Below are positions 50,571 through 63,367 of a DNA stretch of 64,000 bases, piece after piece. Below the pieces are notes generated by a model. That model saw only the letters and a program-made list of their open reading frames with translations. It did not search any database and was not told where the DNA came from. Location of the stretch: NCBI GenBank assembly GCA_035221665.1, contig CM069131.1, positions 22,878,001 to 22,942,000 on the forward strand. Reading direction: 5' to 3'. This stretch comes from Okamejei kenojei (taxonomy: Eukaryota). Positions within the stretch are counted from its first letter, which is position 1, and each line of letters starts with the position of its first letter. Position numbers and translations under genes: made by a program.

Positions 50571-50739
50571 GAGCTGCAGAGTTACCCAGCACAGAAATAG
50601 GCCCTTTGGCCCAACTCCAACAACAGAGGGAACCAGAATTGGTGGTTAGAAATTGGAAGGAGAGATGAGAAGATAGAGGTTAGGACCAGTAAGTCTCAAA
50701 GAATGGACAGGCAGGGAGAAGTGAAGGAATATGATGATG

Positions 50740-51890
50740 ATGATGGACTAAAGTATGTTCAGTCCAATGCAAGGAGTATTATAGAGAAAGCAGATGAACT
50801 TGGATCAACTGTAATATTGTGGCCTTTGCGGAAATGTGGTTGCTAAAAGGTCATTAGTGGCAGCTCAATGTCCGGGGTTTCAATGTTTCAGATGTGATCA
50901 CGAGGGACGCAAATGAGATGGCAGAGTTGCACTATGAAGCGGCACTCAGTGGGGACATACTAGAGGGTTCAATCACTGAGGTAAAATGAGTAGAGCTTAA
51001 AAATAAGAAAGGTGCAAGCACTCTAATGGCATTGTACCATAGACTCCTCAACAGCAAGCAGGAGATAGAGGAACAGATATGTAGACAGATTACAGAAAGA
51101 TGCCAAAGGAACAAGGTCATATTAATGGGTGACTAACTTCCACAATATTGACTAGGACTTGCTTAGTCCGAGGACCCGACCATGGGAGGGCAACAGAGGA
51201 GGACGACTGGATTTTTGGAGCCTTCCCTCACAGTGGGAATTTGATCCCGCTGTGTGGGGATGTCTGTGTTAAAAAAAAAACTATTGTGTCCTGTGCTCTT
51301 TATTATTTATTTGTATGGCTGTATGGCGACCACACATTTCACTGTACCAATTAGTACATGTGACAAATAAATGTATCTTGTATCTTGTATCTTAGTACTA
51401 AAAGCTTAGATGGGGCAGAATTTGTGGAATGTATCCAAAGGGATTTTTTGAAACAGTGTGTGGATAGTCCAACCTGAGAAAGGAACATGCTGGACCTTGT
51501 GTTGTGAAATGAGTCCGGCCAGCTGACTGGTGTGACATTGGAAAGCATTTTGGGGATAGTGATCACAACATAAGCTTTCTCCCAGTCTGAAGAAGGGTTC
51601 CTAGCTGAAACATCACCTATTCCTTTTCTTCAGAGATGCTGCCTGACCTGATGAGGTACTCCAGCATTTTGTCTATCTTCCATAATTGTTAAGATTGTTT
51701 TGAATAGAGAGAAGGCTCGACCTTGAGAAAGGTACTAAATTGGAGCAGGGCAAACTACAGCATCATTGGACAGGTGATTGGGAGAGTACACTGGGAGCAC
51801 TAGTTTTGAATAAGTCCACATCTGACATGTTGGTGTTGTTTAAAGGGTATTTGATTGAAGTTCAGAACCAGCATGTTCCAGATGCATTTT
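50740..51890 (+). mobile_element. CR1 LINE apurinic-endonuclease region remnant with nested insertions
   Basis: NARSIIEKADEL, AEMWL, ILMGD, MLDLVL, HFGDSDH motifs; degraded. Confidence 0.75.
51168..51390 (+). mobile_element. Short retroposon with (GTATCTT)n tail and 6-bp TSD
   Basis: CTTAGT|CCGAGGACCC...ATGTGACAAATAAATGTATCTTGTATCTTGTAT|CTTAGT. Confidence 0.7.
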
Positions 51891-51989
51891 TCATAATTGC
51901 TGGGGTCTTCAGTCAGCCAAAGACAAGAGGATGCAACCAAAATACTTTCAACAGGTCTTCTGTCCCACCGGAGGCTCAAACACCCTTCA

Positions 51990-52365
51990 CCACTGTTACA
52001 CAACCACCAAAAATGACTAGTGCCCATCACTGTATTTTGGAAAATCTGACTATCCGACTGTGCTCCTAGTCCCCGTTAACAAGCAGAAAGTGATGATCCA
52101 GTACAGAAAGTCATACTGCGTTGGTCTAAGGAAACAGATGAGCTCCTATGTGACTATTTAGGCTTGGTGGACCGGGCCGCCAAGGACTCAGTAACCAACC
52201 TTCATCAGTAAGTGTGTTGAGGACAGAGTGCCTAAGGAATCAATCCGAGTGTTCCCCCATTAGAAAACAGAGATGGGCCTTGAGATCCACTTCCTAGTGA
52301 AGACTATATCTGTTGTGTTCATGTTGGGTGATTCCGACCTGAACAGGGAATCGAGATATGAATTC
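51990..52365 (+). mobile_element. Rex1/Babar-like LINE fragment
   Basis: HCILENLTI, DPVQKVILRWSKETDELLCDY and IRVFP motifs; degraded. Confidence 0.55.
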
Positions 52366-52670
52366 TGCCAATCGCCTCCCTCGCCCTCCCCCATCAGAAC
52401 TCACCAAGGTATTCCCTGGCTTTTCCTACCCCCACATCTCTTTTGCATTTTCAAGAAAGATACTGATCTGAAAGGTCATCTGTCCATTCCCCTCACAGAT
52501 GCTGCCTGACCCACTGCATTCCTTTAACACTTTGTGTTTTCGCTAAACATGGTATTGGGATATTGAATGGTTTGGTTACTCTGCTATTTTGTGGTTATTA
52601 CGATGTTTGTTTATGAAATTGACAGAGTTCCACCTCTTTATAGACGAGAAGCCATTTGAATATCATTGAT

Positions 52671-53389
52671 CAGGCACGGAACTCGCTATCAAAATATGGA
52701 GGGGACCGGGGGACAGGGGGGACACAATATTTTGGCGGCCGCTCGCGCATGTGCACACTCACACACACACGTGAGGCTTCGGAGGCCAATCCAGCGCTAA
52801 TTGCATTGCTCAACTCTGCCTGTCTCGCCCTACAAGCCCTGACTGGCTGACGGGACACCAGCGCTGCTTCTCCGCGCTGGCCATATATCCTGCAAGCCCA
52901 GGCAGGTTAACCTGGTGGAACAGGCAGTGTTGAGCTGGGTTTAGCGCTGCTTCTCTGCGCTGGCTGTGGGCCTGGGGGTACAGCTCGCGTCTGACTCCTG
53001 ACCTCTCTGGCCACCCGTGGGGGGGGGGGGGGGCACTCGGGTGGGGACAGGACAGCACCGGAGACCCGGCCGGGATTGATCCTGGCTGCGGATGAGGTGC
53101 AGGTCTGTGCCACGTCTCCCTCCACCAATCACCCCCCCCCCCACTCCTCCCTCCTCCAATCATCGCGCTGAATCCTCATGTCCCGTTTCCATTGCCTGCT
53201 GACCGACGTCTCTCTCGTCCAATCGGCGCCTTCGATCAGCAGTCCCACCTCCACTGTCTCGCGGAAAATGGAGATTTTAAAATCCGCATTACAAAAACTT
53301 GGGGGGGGGATATCCCCCACCTCTCAAAACATGGGGGGGGGGGGCGCGTGTCCCCTCTGCCCCCCCCCACTCCGGGTTTTCCGCCCCTG
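52671..53389. mobile_element. Non-autonomous hAT DNA transposon (719 bp)
   Basis: 8-bp TSD TCATTGAT on both sides; TIRs CAGGCACGGAA / TTCCGCCCCTG; GC-rich interior. Confidence 0.85.
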
Positions 53390-53823
53390 TCATTGATATA
53401 GATTCAAATGTTGTTGTGTTTATTGGTATTGTTTAGTTGACCAGTGGTCCTTATGAAGAGTCACTGAGGATTATGTAGATTATGGATGATATTCTGTGAT
53501 ATTTTTTCATTTTTCTGGATATCATAAATGCAGGGTTAGTCATTTTATATTCACAAATCAAGTGTTGTTGATTGGTGGCCATATGTTATCTTTGGGCAAT
53601 TCTCCATATTTCAGAAATGAATGACCATTCTCTCCATGATAAGCTTTCTCAGAAACAAAAAAGAATGTAAAAACAAGTAAGCAGCATCTCTGACTTACCA
53701 TATAATCCTTTGGGAGGTATATAATGCATGAAAACTCTTACAGCTACCTGTACTATAATCACAATTTTTCACTACACTCTCTCTTTAAAAAATGGAACTG
53801 CTGTTGTACATATAATCCACTGT

Positions 53824-54235
53824 ATGAATGAATGAATGAATACTTTATTGTCACGTGACAAGTCACAGTGAAATTCTTTGCTTGCATACCCAAGCTATGT
53901 AAATAGTCGCTATATAAAGACCGCTTACAAAGTTGTATCCCCCGCCCGGTCTACCTTTGTTTCCCCGCCCCCCCCCCCCCCCCTCACAGCGGTCCCCCCA
54001 CGCCGGGTCCTCCTTTGTTCTTTCTCCAGGCAGCGGCATTCTCACACCACGTGGTCTGTCTTTGTCCGTCGGTGCATCATTGACCGCCACGCCAACCTCT
54101 CCACTATCACTGCCAGGTGATAGTGCCGTGGTCATCCGAGGCATGGAGACCTCGGCACCTCGATAAAGGCCTCCGGTTGTGTACCTGGTCCGCAACTGCA
54201 GCTCGGCGGGAAGTCTTCTGCCATGCGGCTTGGCG
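53824..54235 (-). mobile_element. SINE-like element with GC-rich body and (ATTC)n tail
   Basis: Minus 3' end GAATTTCACTGTGACTTGTCACGTGACAATAAAGTATTCATTCATTC, similar to the tails at 51340-51390 and 41985-42030. Confidence 0.65.
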
Positions 54236-56811
54236 AGAATATTAATTACAATAATGAAGATTTATTAAAAATGTGAAGGTACGAGATGAAATCTTACTTC
54301 ACAAAGTAGAATAAATAAACTCTGAGTGTCCAGTTCACCTATTCCGAACCTCCTAACCACACTTCACCTGAAGACTGTATATCAACTTGATGTTTCATTT
54401 GTAATGCCTTGAGAGATTGATTGGTAAACTTATTCTTGAGAGTACTTTTCAACTTTTTGAACGATTAATTGCTACATTATGCAAACTGCTTTTGTGAACT
54501 TATCACCCTGTAATAAAGGACCTCGCAGTAAAGATGGAATTGTAAACTCTCAGGTTTGCATCTCACTGCTCCTCAGCTTTTAGTGCAGAAAAAAACTCTT
54601 CTTTTTCCAGTCCATTTATCTTCTTAATGTCACATTTTATTATTTAGCCATGATTAATAAATGAAATATAGATAATTATTTCTTGTCAAATTTTAATATC
54701 CACATTATTCCAAAAAGCACTTCCCTGAATATTTTAAAGAATCCCAATAACCAATGTCATTATTTGCAGGGGTATAGAGGCCCAATGAAGTGTACACATA
54801 AGAAATATTGATCACATCTATTATTAAACTTGAGAACCATGCAAAAAGGATGTGCCGAACCTCTTACTATATGTAGGTCTGTATGTTGGATCCAAATGGA
54901 GCAGGAACTGGACTGTGGATGGAAAAAGAGAAAATAATGGAGGAAACATAAAGGAAATGGAATATTCAAGCAACAGTAAAAGCAAACTATTTTATTGCTG
55001 TAATGTCAACCCTGTCATATAACAAGTGGAGTTATACAAACCACATTTATGATACGGAAAATGGGCAGCGAAAATGAATCTGAGGAGAATCGGCAATGAA
55101 AATAAATCTGGGATTGGTGCCCACTAATATACTGTACATGGTTCAAACGTGATGGTAACTGTGTTTAGACCTTTGAACAAAAAGCTAGCAGGTAAACCAA
55201 TGTGCAAGATGAAAGATAATCCCAAAGGTTTTATAACACTGGAACTGGACTAATTGTAAATCAGATTGCAAACAAATTCTAATATTTCTTTACCAGTTTT
55301 AAGTTCATATATTTTGGAAACCCAATATTTGTGTTGGCAAAATGTTTACTTTGCCATAGCAAATGAAAAATGTTTCCGTCAGCACAGATATATTCTTATA
55401 TGTATCATCAAATCTATGCTCACATTTAAGAATTATTTCTAAGCACTGTAAACAAAATAATTTCTGGGACATAGATCTGAAATATGAATAGCATTCTAAC
55501 GATTAAACATTCATTTACATGTAGCAATATGTAATTTTGTATGGCAATTGTACATATTAGTATTCTAGGTTCATTCTGGTTTGAATGAGAGTTCGATATG
55601 AGAGTTGTGTGAATGTTTCTAAGGAGACTCAGGGTCAGCAGACCTTTCGTAACATATACATCTTGGGCAAATCTAACAATGAATTCTCTCAACCAGTTCA
55701 ACATTGGGGGCCATCATGACTGGTGCCAATGTTGACTGTTCAATGGATTTTCTGAATGGTAATTGTTGACATTGCAGAGATGTAAAATAAATGATTTGCA
55801 GAATATTGAAGTGCAGATTAATATTATAAATGTCTCCCACAGTGTTGGAATTTGACATCTTTATTTCAAAATATTTTGCATTGTGGGGATAAATTATATT
55901 GATAGCATATGGCAATGATCCATTGTTTAAATAGCACTGGCAATCATGAATGAGGTCAAATCCACAAGTTGTGGTTTAATTGAATATCTTTCTAAACCAG
56001 CAGTAAGAAAACTGACAGTGTTAACTTGTGATTCCATGTCATCTGCTGAGGTAATTGTGCACCGACGGTTTAAGTACTGTTTTGCGCTCCTCCTGGTAAT
56101 GAATGACTGCAGCTAGGAATCAGAATATCTTTCTCTTTGTCCTCAGTGACACCATTTTAAGTTCAAATTTACGATTGGATATTCTCCCTAGTGGCTTAAT
56201 AATGTTGCTTCAAACCATCGACCACATATGCATTATTGGCAGAGAAAGTGAGTTTTATTTTTGGAAGTACACGCAGTATTGGAAAATATTTAAATTGTCA
56301 GCAAGTATGCGTAATGTATTGAAGTAGCAGTAAAATGGCAACTGTTGATTGACTGTATAGATACAGGGATAAGAAGGCAGAAAAATGAGTTAGCAAACTT
56401 AGATACTCAGCATGTGACACTTCCTCCCCACATCAGGTTTTAATTTGTAGGATTCTACAAATGAACATTGCTTCTAAAGCATACGCAGACCTCACCACAT
56501 TAAATTGGTGTATGGAAGGATATTATGGAGATCATAGTTTTGCTGTGTCCATCATACAAAGCCAAATGTCGTGATTTCTTGATTTCATGAGCTAATTCCA
56601 GAAAGCAGAGAATGGACTCCATATAGGATATTATTGGAAACTCAACAGCGCCATAGATTTTCAACACCGTAGTGCCTTTTAAAACAGTGGCTTTCCTAGA
56701 TACTTTGTCCTTCCTCACTTGCTTCGGTGACAGATGCTTGCACTAAAACCCAATTGCCTCTAGGTCAGAAAGGATAAAAAATAACAATTGGAAGATGCTA
56801 GTCTGAAGATC

Positions 56812-58680
56812 AAGAGTCAAGAATCAAGAGTGTATAATTGTCAGATCTACCGAAACGGAACTATGAAACTCTTACTGGCAACACCATAACAGGTTTGTAA
56901 ATACAGTACTTAATAGATAATGCAATAAACAAACAAAAAAAGTTCCATATGTAAAAACTCAATATAATGCAAAACAAAACAAAGTCAGAAGTCCTTAGTG
57001 TAACCAAGGCAGTTCATAGTTTAGAGTTTAGTTGGAGTTTGTAGTGTTTAATAGCCCGATGATTGTTGGGAAGAAACTGTTCCTGAACCCAGAGGTCACA
57101 TTTTTCAGATTCCTTTTTCCAGATATCTTCTTCCCGATGGCAGGAGTAATAAGAGAGCGTGGCCAGGGTGGTGTGAGACCTTAATGATGCTGGCTTCATT
57201 TTTGAGATGCCTTCTATCGATCCCATCAATGATGGGAAGGTCAGTGTCTGTGATGGACCGGGGAGTGTTCACTCCTTTGTTCCTGGGTGTTCAAGTTGCT
57301 GAATGCAACCAGTCAATGGTCTTAATGCAACCAGTCAATGGTCTCTACTATACACCTGTAGAAGTTCAAGAGAGTATTCATTGATATACAGAATCTCCTA
57401 ATTCTTCTCAGGAAGTTGTGGTATTGATGGGCTTTCTTTATGATTGCATCGACATGCTGGGACCAGAAATATGCAAGCCCAGGAACTTGAAATTGTTCAT
57501 TCACTCCACCACCCATACATTCATGAAGAAAGGTTTGTGGTTCTTCGGCGTTCCTCTTCTAAAGTCACCAATCAACTCCTTGGTCTTACTGTCATTGAGA
57601 GCAAGGTTGTTGTTCTGGTAACGTTTGCATATTTAAAGATGGAGTTGCAACTGTGGCCGGCTACAAAGTCATGGGTATAGAGTGAGTAGATCAGGGGACT
57701 GAGCACACAGCTCTGAGGTGCCCCTGTGCTGATGGTTATCGAGGAGGAAGAGTGCTATCTGCACGGAGTTTGTATGTTCTCCTCGTGACTGTGTGAGTTT
57801 TCTCCAAGATCTTCAGTTTCCTCCCACACTCCAAAGATGTAAAGGTTTGTAGGTTAATTGGTTTGGTATAAATGTAAATTGCCGCTCGTGTGTGTAGGCT
57901 AGTGTTAATGTGCAGGGATCACTGGTCGGTGCGGACTTGGTGGGTCGCACGGCCTTTCTCCACGCTGTATCTCTAAATTAAACTAAACTGCTGAGAAAGT
58001 CGAGGATCCTGTTGCAAGGGGATGTGTTTTTATTGTTCAAGTGGTCCAGTGCAGAGTGGCGAGCCAGTGTGATTGCATCCTCCATTGATCTATTGTGGCA
58101 GTAGGCGAACTATAGTAGGTCCAGGTTCTTGCTGAAGTAAACATAGAAACATAGAAAATAGGTGCAGGAGGAGGCTATTCGGCCCTTCGAGCCAGCACCG
58201 CCATTCAATATGATCATGGCTGATCATCCAGAATCAGTACCCTGTTCCCCATATCCCATGATTCCGTTAGCCCTAAGAGCTAAGAACTATATCCAACTCT
58301 AGTTAGGAGTTCTAACTCCAGTACTCTATCTAATTGTAGTAGGAGTTGATAGCGTCATAACCAACCACTCAAAGCACTTCACCACGGACGTTAGTGCCAC
58401 TGGTTGGTCGTCATTGAGGCATGTCACCTTACTTTTCTTGGGCAATGGTATTATTGATGCCTTTTTAAAGCAGGAGGGAACCTAAATCCTCAGCAATGAG
58501 AGGTTGAAGATGTCCGCAAAAACTCCTGCCAGCTCGTTTTGAGAACATGACCAAGTACACTTTTAGTTCTAGATGCTTTCCAAGGATTCACCCTCCTGAA
58601 TGATCTTCTGATATCGACCTCACTGACTGAGGTTGCGAGAACATCAGGGACTAGGGAGGCCTGAGAAGCCACATCAGTGT
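56812..58680 (-). mobile_element. Rex1/Babar-like LINE remnant interrupted by a SINE and a CR1 end
   Basis: IIKKAHQYHNFLRRIRRF..TLLNFYRCIVE and VSEVDIRRSFRRVNPWKA motifs; (TCAAGA)n tail at 56810-56830. Confidence 0.75.
57755..57990 (+). mobile_element. 5'-truncated HE1-like SINE
   Basis: GGAGTTTGTATGTTCTCC..TTTCCTCCCACACTCCAAAGA..CTGTATCTCTAAATTAAAACTAAAC. Confidence 0.8.
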
Positions 58681-60184
58681 TCTTGGTCTACAGCAGGGTC
58701 CCGACCCGAAACGTCACCTATCCATGTCCTCCAGACATGCTGCCGATCCCACTGAGCTATTCGAACACTGTATTTTTTTTTGTAAAACTAGAATGTGCAG
58801 TTCCATGTTTCTACATTTCTTTATTGAAATATGCTGTTGCAATAGCTTGTTGCACATTCCCTCTGCTTGAATGTGTGCAACGAACGATTGCTGTTCAACA
58901 TCCTTCCATGTAATTCTGACACTTAAATAAGATCTCTGATTTCCAGTTGATAATTCCCTCACAATTCTGTGGGATGTGTTCCTTAAAATCTTGAAATTAC
59001 ACTGTGTGCAGGAGGGACATAGAGGGCTGAAGGTTGTGAACAATACTGTCGCAGTACCCAGTGCACTTCCTCAGCCCCATGTCAGTGCAGTTTTGTTGCC
59101 TCTCAGCACAAAGAACAGATCAACTTGTTAAAACAATACTGGTTGCTTCACCAGGGATCTGGGCTGAGTAATCACATTTGTTGGTGCAAAGAATGTGAGA
59201 ATCAATTACATTAGTTAGGAACTCCTATAAATAGTGACTAATGTGTATTTTAGACTGTTCTCCTGAATCGCTTGACTCAAAATGAGGTTTGATGGCCAAC
59301 CCAAAAAGGGCTTTACAGTCTTGGTACCTTTAACCCATCAATGTTCCTCCTTATCCTCTGCATGCGAACTATTGGTTATTTATGTTAATTGTATTGCCTC
59401 AGATGTTAATTCTGGGACATATGATAATAAAACAATCTTGACTCTCATGACTTGTAGCCCAAAGTTTTATAACATTTCACTGAAGCAAAGTAGGTTTTCT
59501 GTGAGAATATAAAATGTGTAGAGTAATGGAGGGTTTAAGCAATGTAGTGTTCGCAATAAATAATGTTCACCTGCATATATTCACTTAATGAAACCAGTTT
59601 CATACAATAAACTGTAACTCTGTGTGAAGAAGGGCAATTAAAAAAATTGCATCAAATTATTTTTTTGTGACATGATGGTAAGGATTTAAAGATAGCATTA
59701 GATCCTCACCATATCTGTGGAGTGTGTTAATGTCTCAGGTTAATCTTGAGGTGTGGGTTTGAATCCCACAATGTCAGCTTTGGAATCTGAATAGAAATGA
59801 TTAAATAAGACTATCTTTTAGAAATGGTGATCTTGAAACTGGTGATTGTCTTTAAAAATGCAACTTGTTACTGATGTCATGAATGAAAGAAAATCTGCTG
59901 TCCTTTGCCAATCTGGCTTGGATGTACTTCAGACTCATCAATCTCATTGATTCTTATCTGTCTTCAGAAATGGACATGGAACAAATCAAGGATGGACAGT
60001 TAGTGCTGAACTTGTCACCAATGTCCACATTGTGAATAAATAAATTAAAATGTTCTGGATTATGTAAATATAACCCCTAATATATTTGTGTGTGTGTTTT
60101 AATGGTATACTGCACATAATAATGTGTAGATATTGAGTTTAAACTGGGTATTCGCCCGATGAAAATTGGCACGGACATCTTACC

Positions 60185-60342
60185 CAAAGATCTTAGAGCG
60201 GAGCAAGATAGACCACTTCTGCAAGATCCAATGGACTGTCGTGTAGTAAGCATAATTTCCGCCATTTCAGTAAACCCGACCCTATCTTTGACCCGACCCG
60301 ACTTCAGTTTTGCATTCAGTTAAAACCGCTCTAGGATCTTTG
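60185..60342. mobile_element. 158-bp MITE with 17-bp TIRs and 8-bp TSD (hAT- or P-like)
   Basis: ATCTTACC|CAAAGATCTTAGAGCGG...CCGCTCTAGGATCTTTG|ATCTTATC. Confidence 0.8.
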
Positions 60343-60779
60343 ATCTTATCTACTTGGGAAAAACTGGGCAGGCAGTTAAATCCATGTCTTTGCTGGGCAA
60401 CAGTGAGCTATCCAGCCAAAATTTACTGATCAACACTGCACCTGCAGCTTTGTAAGTCATGGGTCTTCAAGTGTGTCTTTGAATAATTATTAAATGTGAC
60501 AAGGGCTTTTGTCCTGAACAGAATTACAGGCAAAAAAGTTTCAGATCCCTACTACTTTCTGGGTGATTTTTTTTCTCAATTACCCTCAAATTCTTCTACT
60601 AGTTAGTTTGATTATCTTCCCTGGTGTTTTAACCATTTTGCTGAAAGAATTGGGTCCTCATTATCGGCCTATTTACTGTACTTCATGTGGAATACACATA
60701 ATTTTATTCACCCTATTCAAATCCGTTCTCAGTATCTATTCTGAACCCCCCCCCCCCCCGGCCTATCTAATCTTTTCTC

Positions 60780-61235
60780 ATAACTACAAATATATATGTT
60801 TATCAACATCCTCCTAAATATCCGTTGCACCCTCTCCAATGCAATCATTTTTTTCCCGATAAAATTGTAACCAGAACTGTCTACACTACTGAAACTGTGG
60901 TCCAAATCATGTTATGTAGAGTTCCAGCATATCCTCCCTGTTCTTAAATTCTATGCCTTGACATAATTTCCATGTGCGTTTTTAATCACCTTATCTTCTC
61001 CCCTGTTAGTTTAAAGGGTCTGTGGACATATACTCCAGGGCCCTTCTGTTCCTCCACACCTTTCACTATCATCCTATTTATTGAATATTCCCTTGTCTTA
61101 TACCATTCTCTAATATTACAACAGTCACCGCTCTGATTGAATTCCCTTTGCCACTCTTCTATCCAATACTCATTCCATTGGTATCCTCCTGCAACCTGAG
61201 ACTGCCAGCAGCACGGCCAATTGTCATATCATCTT
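60780..61235 (-). mobile_element. Old CR1 LINE RT-to-3' fragment
   Basis: TCCGTTGCACCCTCTCCAA, CCAGAACTGTCTACACTACT, TTGAATTCCCTTTGCCAC, GTATCCTCCTGCAA. Confidence 0.7.
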
Positions 61236-61804
61236 CAGATCATTATTGGATTGATCTGCATAATGATGAAGTGGAATGTATACTTTGTGGAATGTGAAAT
61301 CATAACACGTTGCTTGCCAGAGTTACATCTCTCAACAAAAAGCATGACAAGAAATTCATCCTCTGTGTTAAGTCAATAGTTAAGTCAATAGAATGAATTT
61401 CAGAGGCAGGGCAACATGCTAATGCAACTGTTAAGCTTGTTTGCTGCTTCCGATGGGGATGAACTACCAAGCAGGTGATTCTTAACACACTAACGTCTGT
61501 CCTAAAAAGGCAAATATGCAATGAGGTGTCCTGTTCCATTTCTGAATACTATAAAGCATCATAAAGCAACATGAAACAGTATACAATAAAAAAATAATGT
61601 AGGATGTTATAAGATATATTAACATAGAATCCTTCCCATCCTAATTAACACTGTGGAATTATAGCAGCTTAACTTGCCTCATCCTGGTTTGTTCTGCATG
61701 CTTTAAAACTTTTTGCCAACAATATGTGAGACTTGGAAGTTTCAAGAGACCCAACATCCAAAATAGAATTCAGATCTCCTTACTGAGAAAACATGCATTC
61801 CTAT

Positions 61805-62520
61805 TTCTAAAATGCACTGGGATGTAATGCTGAGGGTTTATAAGTCACTGATCAGACCTCATTTGAAGTATTGTGAGCAGTTTTGGATCCCATATCTAAG
61901 TATTGTGAGCAGTTTTGGATCCCATATCTTTTATTGTTTACCATTGAAGGAGATGCACATGAAATTTCGTTGTACAGTTGCTGTGCAATGACAAATAAAC
62001 GTATTTGATTTGATTTGATTTGATTTGAAAGGTGTTAGAGTGGGTCCCATGCTGGTTTATGAGAATAATACTGGAGATGATTGGGTTAACATAGGATGTG
62101 CGTTTGATGGCACTGGGCCTGTACTCACTGGAGTTTAGAAGGATGAGAGGGGGACCTCATTGAAACTGACCGAATAGTGAAAGCCCTGAATAGAGTGGAT
62201 GTGGAGAGGATGTTTCCACTAGTGGAAGAGTATAGGACCAGAGGGCACAGCTACAGAATAAAAGAACATAGCTTTAGAAAGGAGATGAGGAGGAATTTCT
62301 TCATTTTGAGGGTGGTGAATCAGTGGAATTCATTGCCACAGACGCTGTGGAGACCAGCATCTGGTATTTTTAAGCAGAGATTGACCGATTCTTGATAAGT
62401 AGGGGTGTCAAGAGTTATGGAGAGAAGTCTGGAGAATGGGGTTGAGAGGGAAAGATGGATCAGCCATGATTGAAGGCCGGAATAGACTCGAAGGGCCGAA
62501 TCGCCTAATTCTGTTCTTGT
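61805..62520 (+). mobile_element. CR1 LINE 3' portion with a 32-bp tandem duplication and a short insertion
   Basis: RVDVERMFPLVEEYRTRGHS..EMRRNFF; 3' GACTCGAAGGGCCGAATCGCCTAATTCTG; duplication 61866-61929; (ATTTG)n-tailed insert about 61930-62027. Confidence 0.85.
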
Positions 62521-63017
62521 GACTAATGAACAAGACGCATTTGATTTTCTTGTGGAAAGATGTGATAAAAAAAAATAGAGAGGTGCTTTTGAATTAGTCA
62601 GAGATGAAAAATGTACAGCAATATTGAAAGATATTATGAGGGACATGGCATACCCATATTCGCTTGTTAAATAATGTTATGCCTCCTGTAATAAATATTT
62701 TGTCTGTACACGGTACAAGCATAGACAAACCATGAATAACATAGACTTGCTGCATGGATGATCATCACAATTAGCCTGTGGTTACTGTATTGGGCCAATA
62801 CCCGGAGACTGAGCTCAAGGCAAAATTTGAAATTGAATTCAAAATTGTTTATTTAGTGAACTAGCACCAGAAAATTATTTTGTTCATTATTTAATTGCCA
62901 TAAAGGTGCATTTGATATTTCATTGGAGTTTGTTATCCCAATTTTATCTAGCCCATCGTTGACTCCAACCCTACATCATAGGGTGCGGTTACAGGGCAAA
63001 AAGATATTCTTATTTTC

Positions 63018-63367
63018 TATTTACCCTTTAGGAACAGACATCTCTGTGTTAAGATTCACATGGTTGGAAGTTCATCCCTATTGGAAGCAACATAGTTTTC
63101 ACATACATCACCGCATTGTCCTGCCTCTGAAATTCACTTCATTGACTAATACAAAGGATGAATTTCTAGTCATGCTGTTTGATGAGATATGGAACTCTGA
63201 CAAGAACTGTGCTACAATCTCACATTCCATAAGGTATACCATCCTTCATCATTATGCAGATCAATAATGATTCGGAGATCATTGGCTGTGTTATTGGCAC
63301 CTTTGTGTTGCAGGAGGATACCAATGGACTGGGCAATTGGATAGTAGAGGTGCAAAGGGAATTCAAT
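63018..63367 (+). repeat. Inverted diverged copy of 61135-61520
   Basis: Shared blocks in reverse complement: TTGATCTGCATAATGATGAAG, AGAAATTCATCCT, TGAATTTCAGAGGCAGG, CCATTGGTATCCTCCTGCAAC. Confidence 0.85.
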
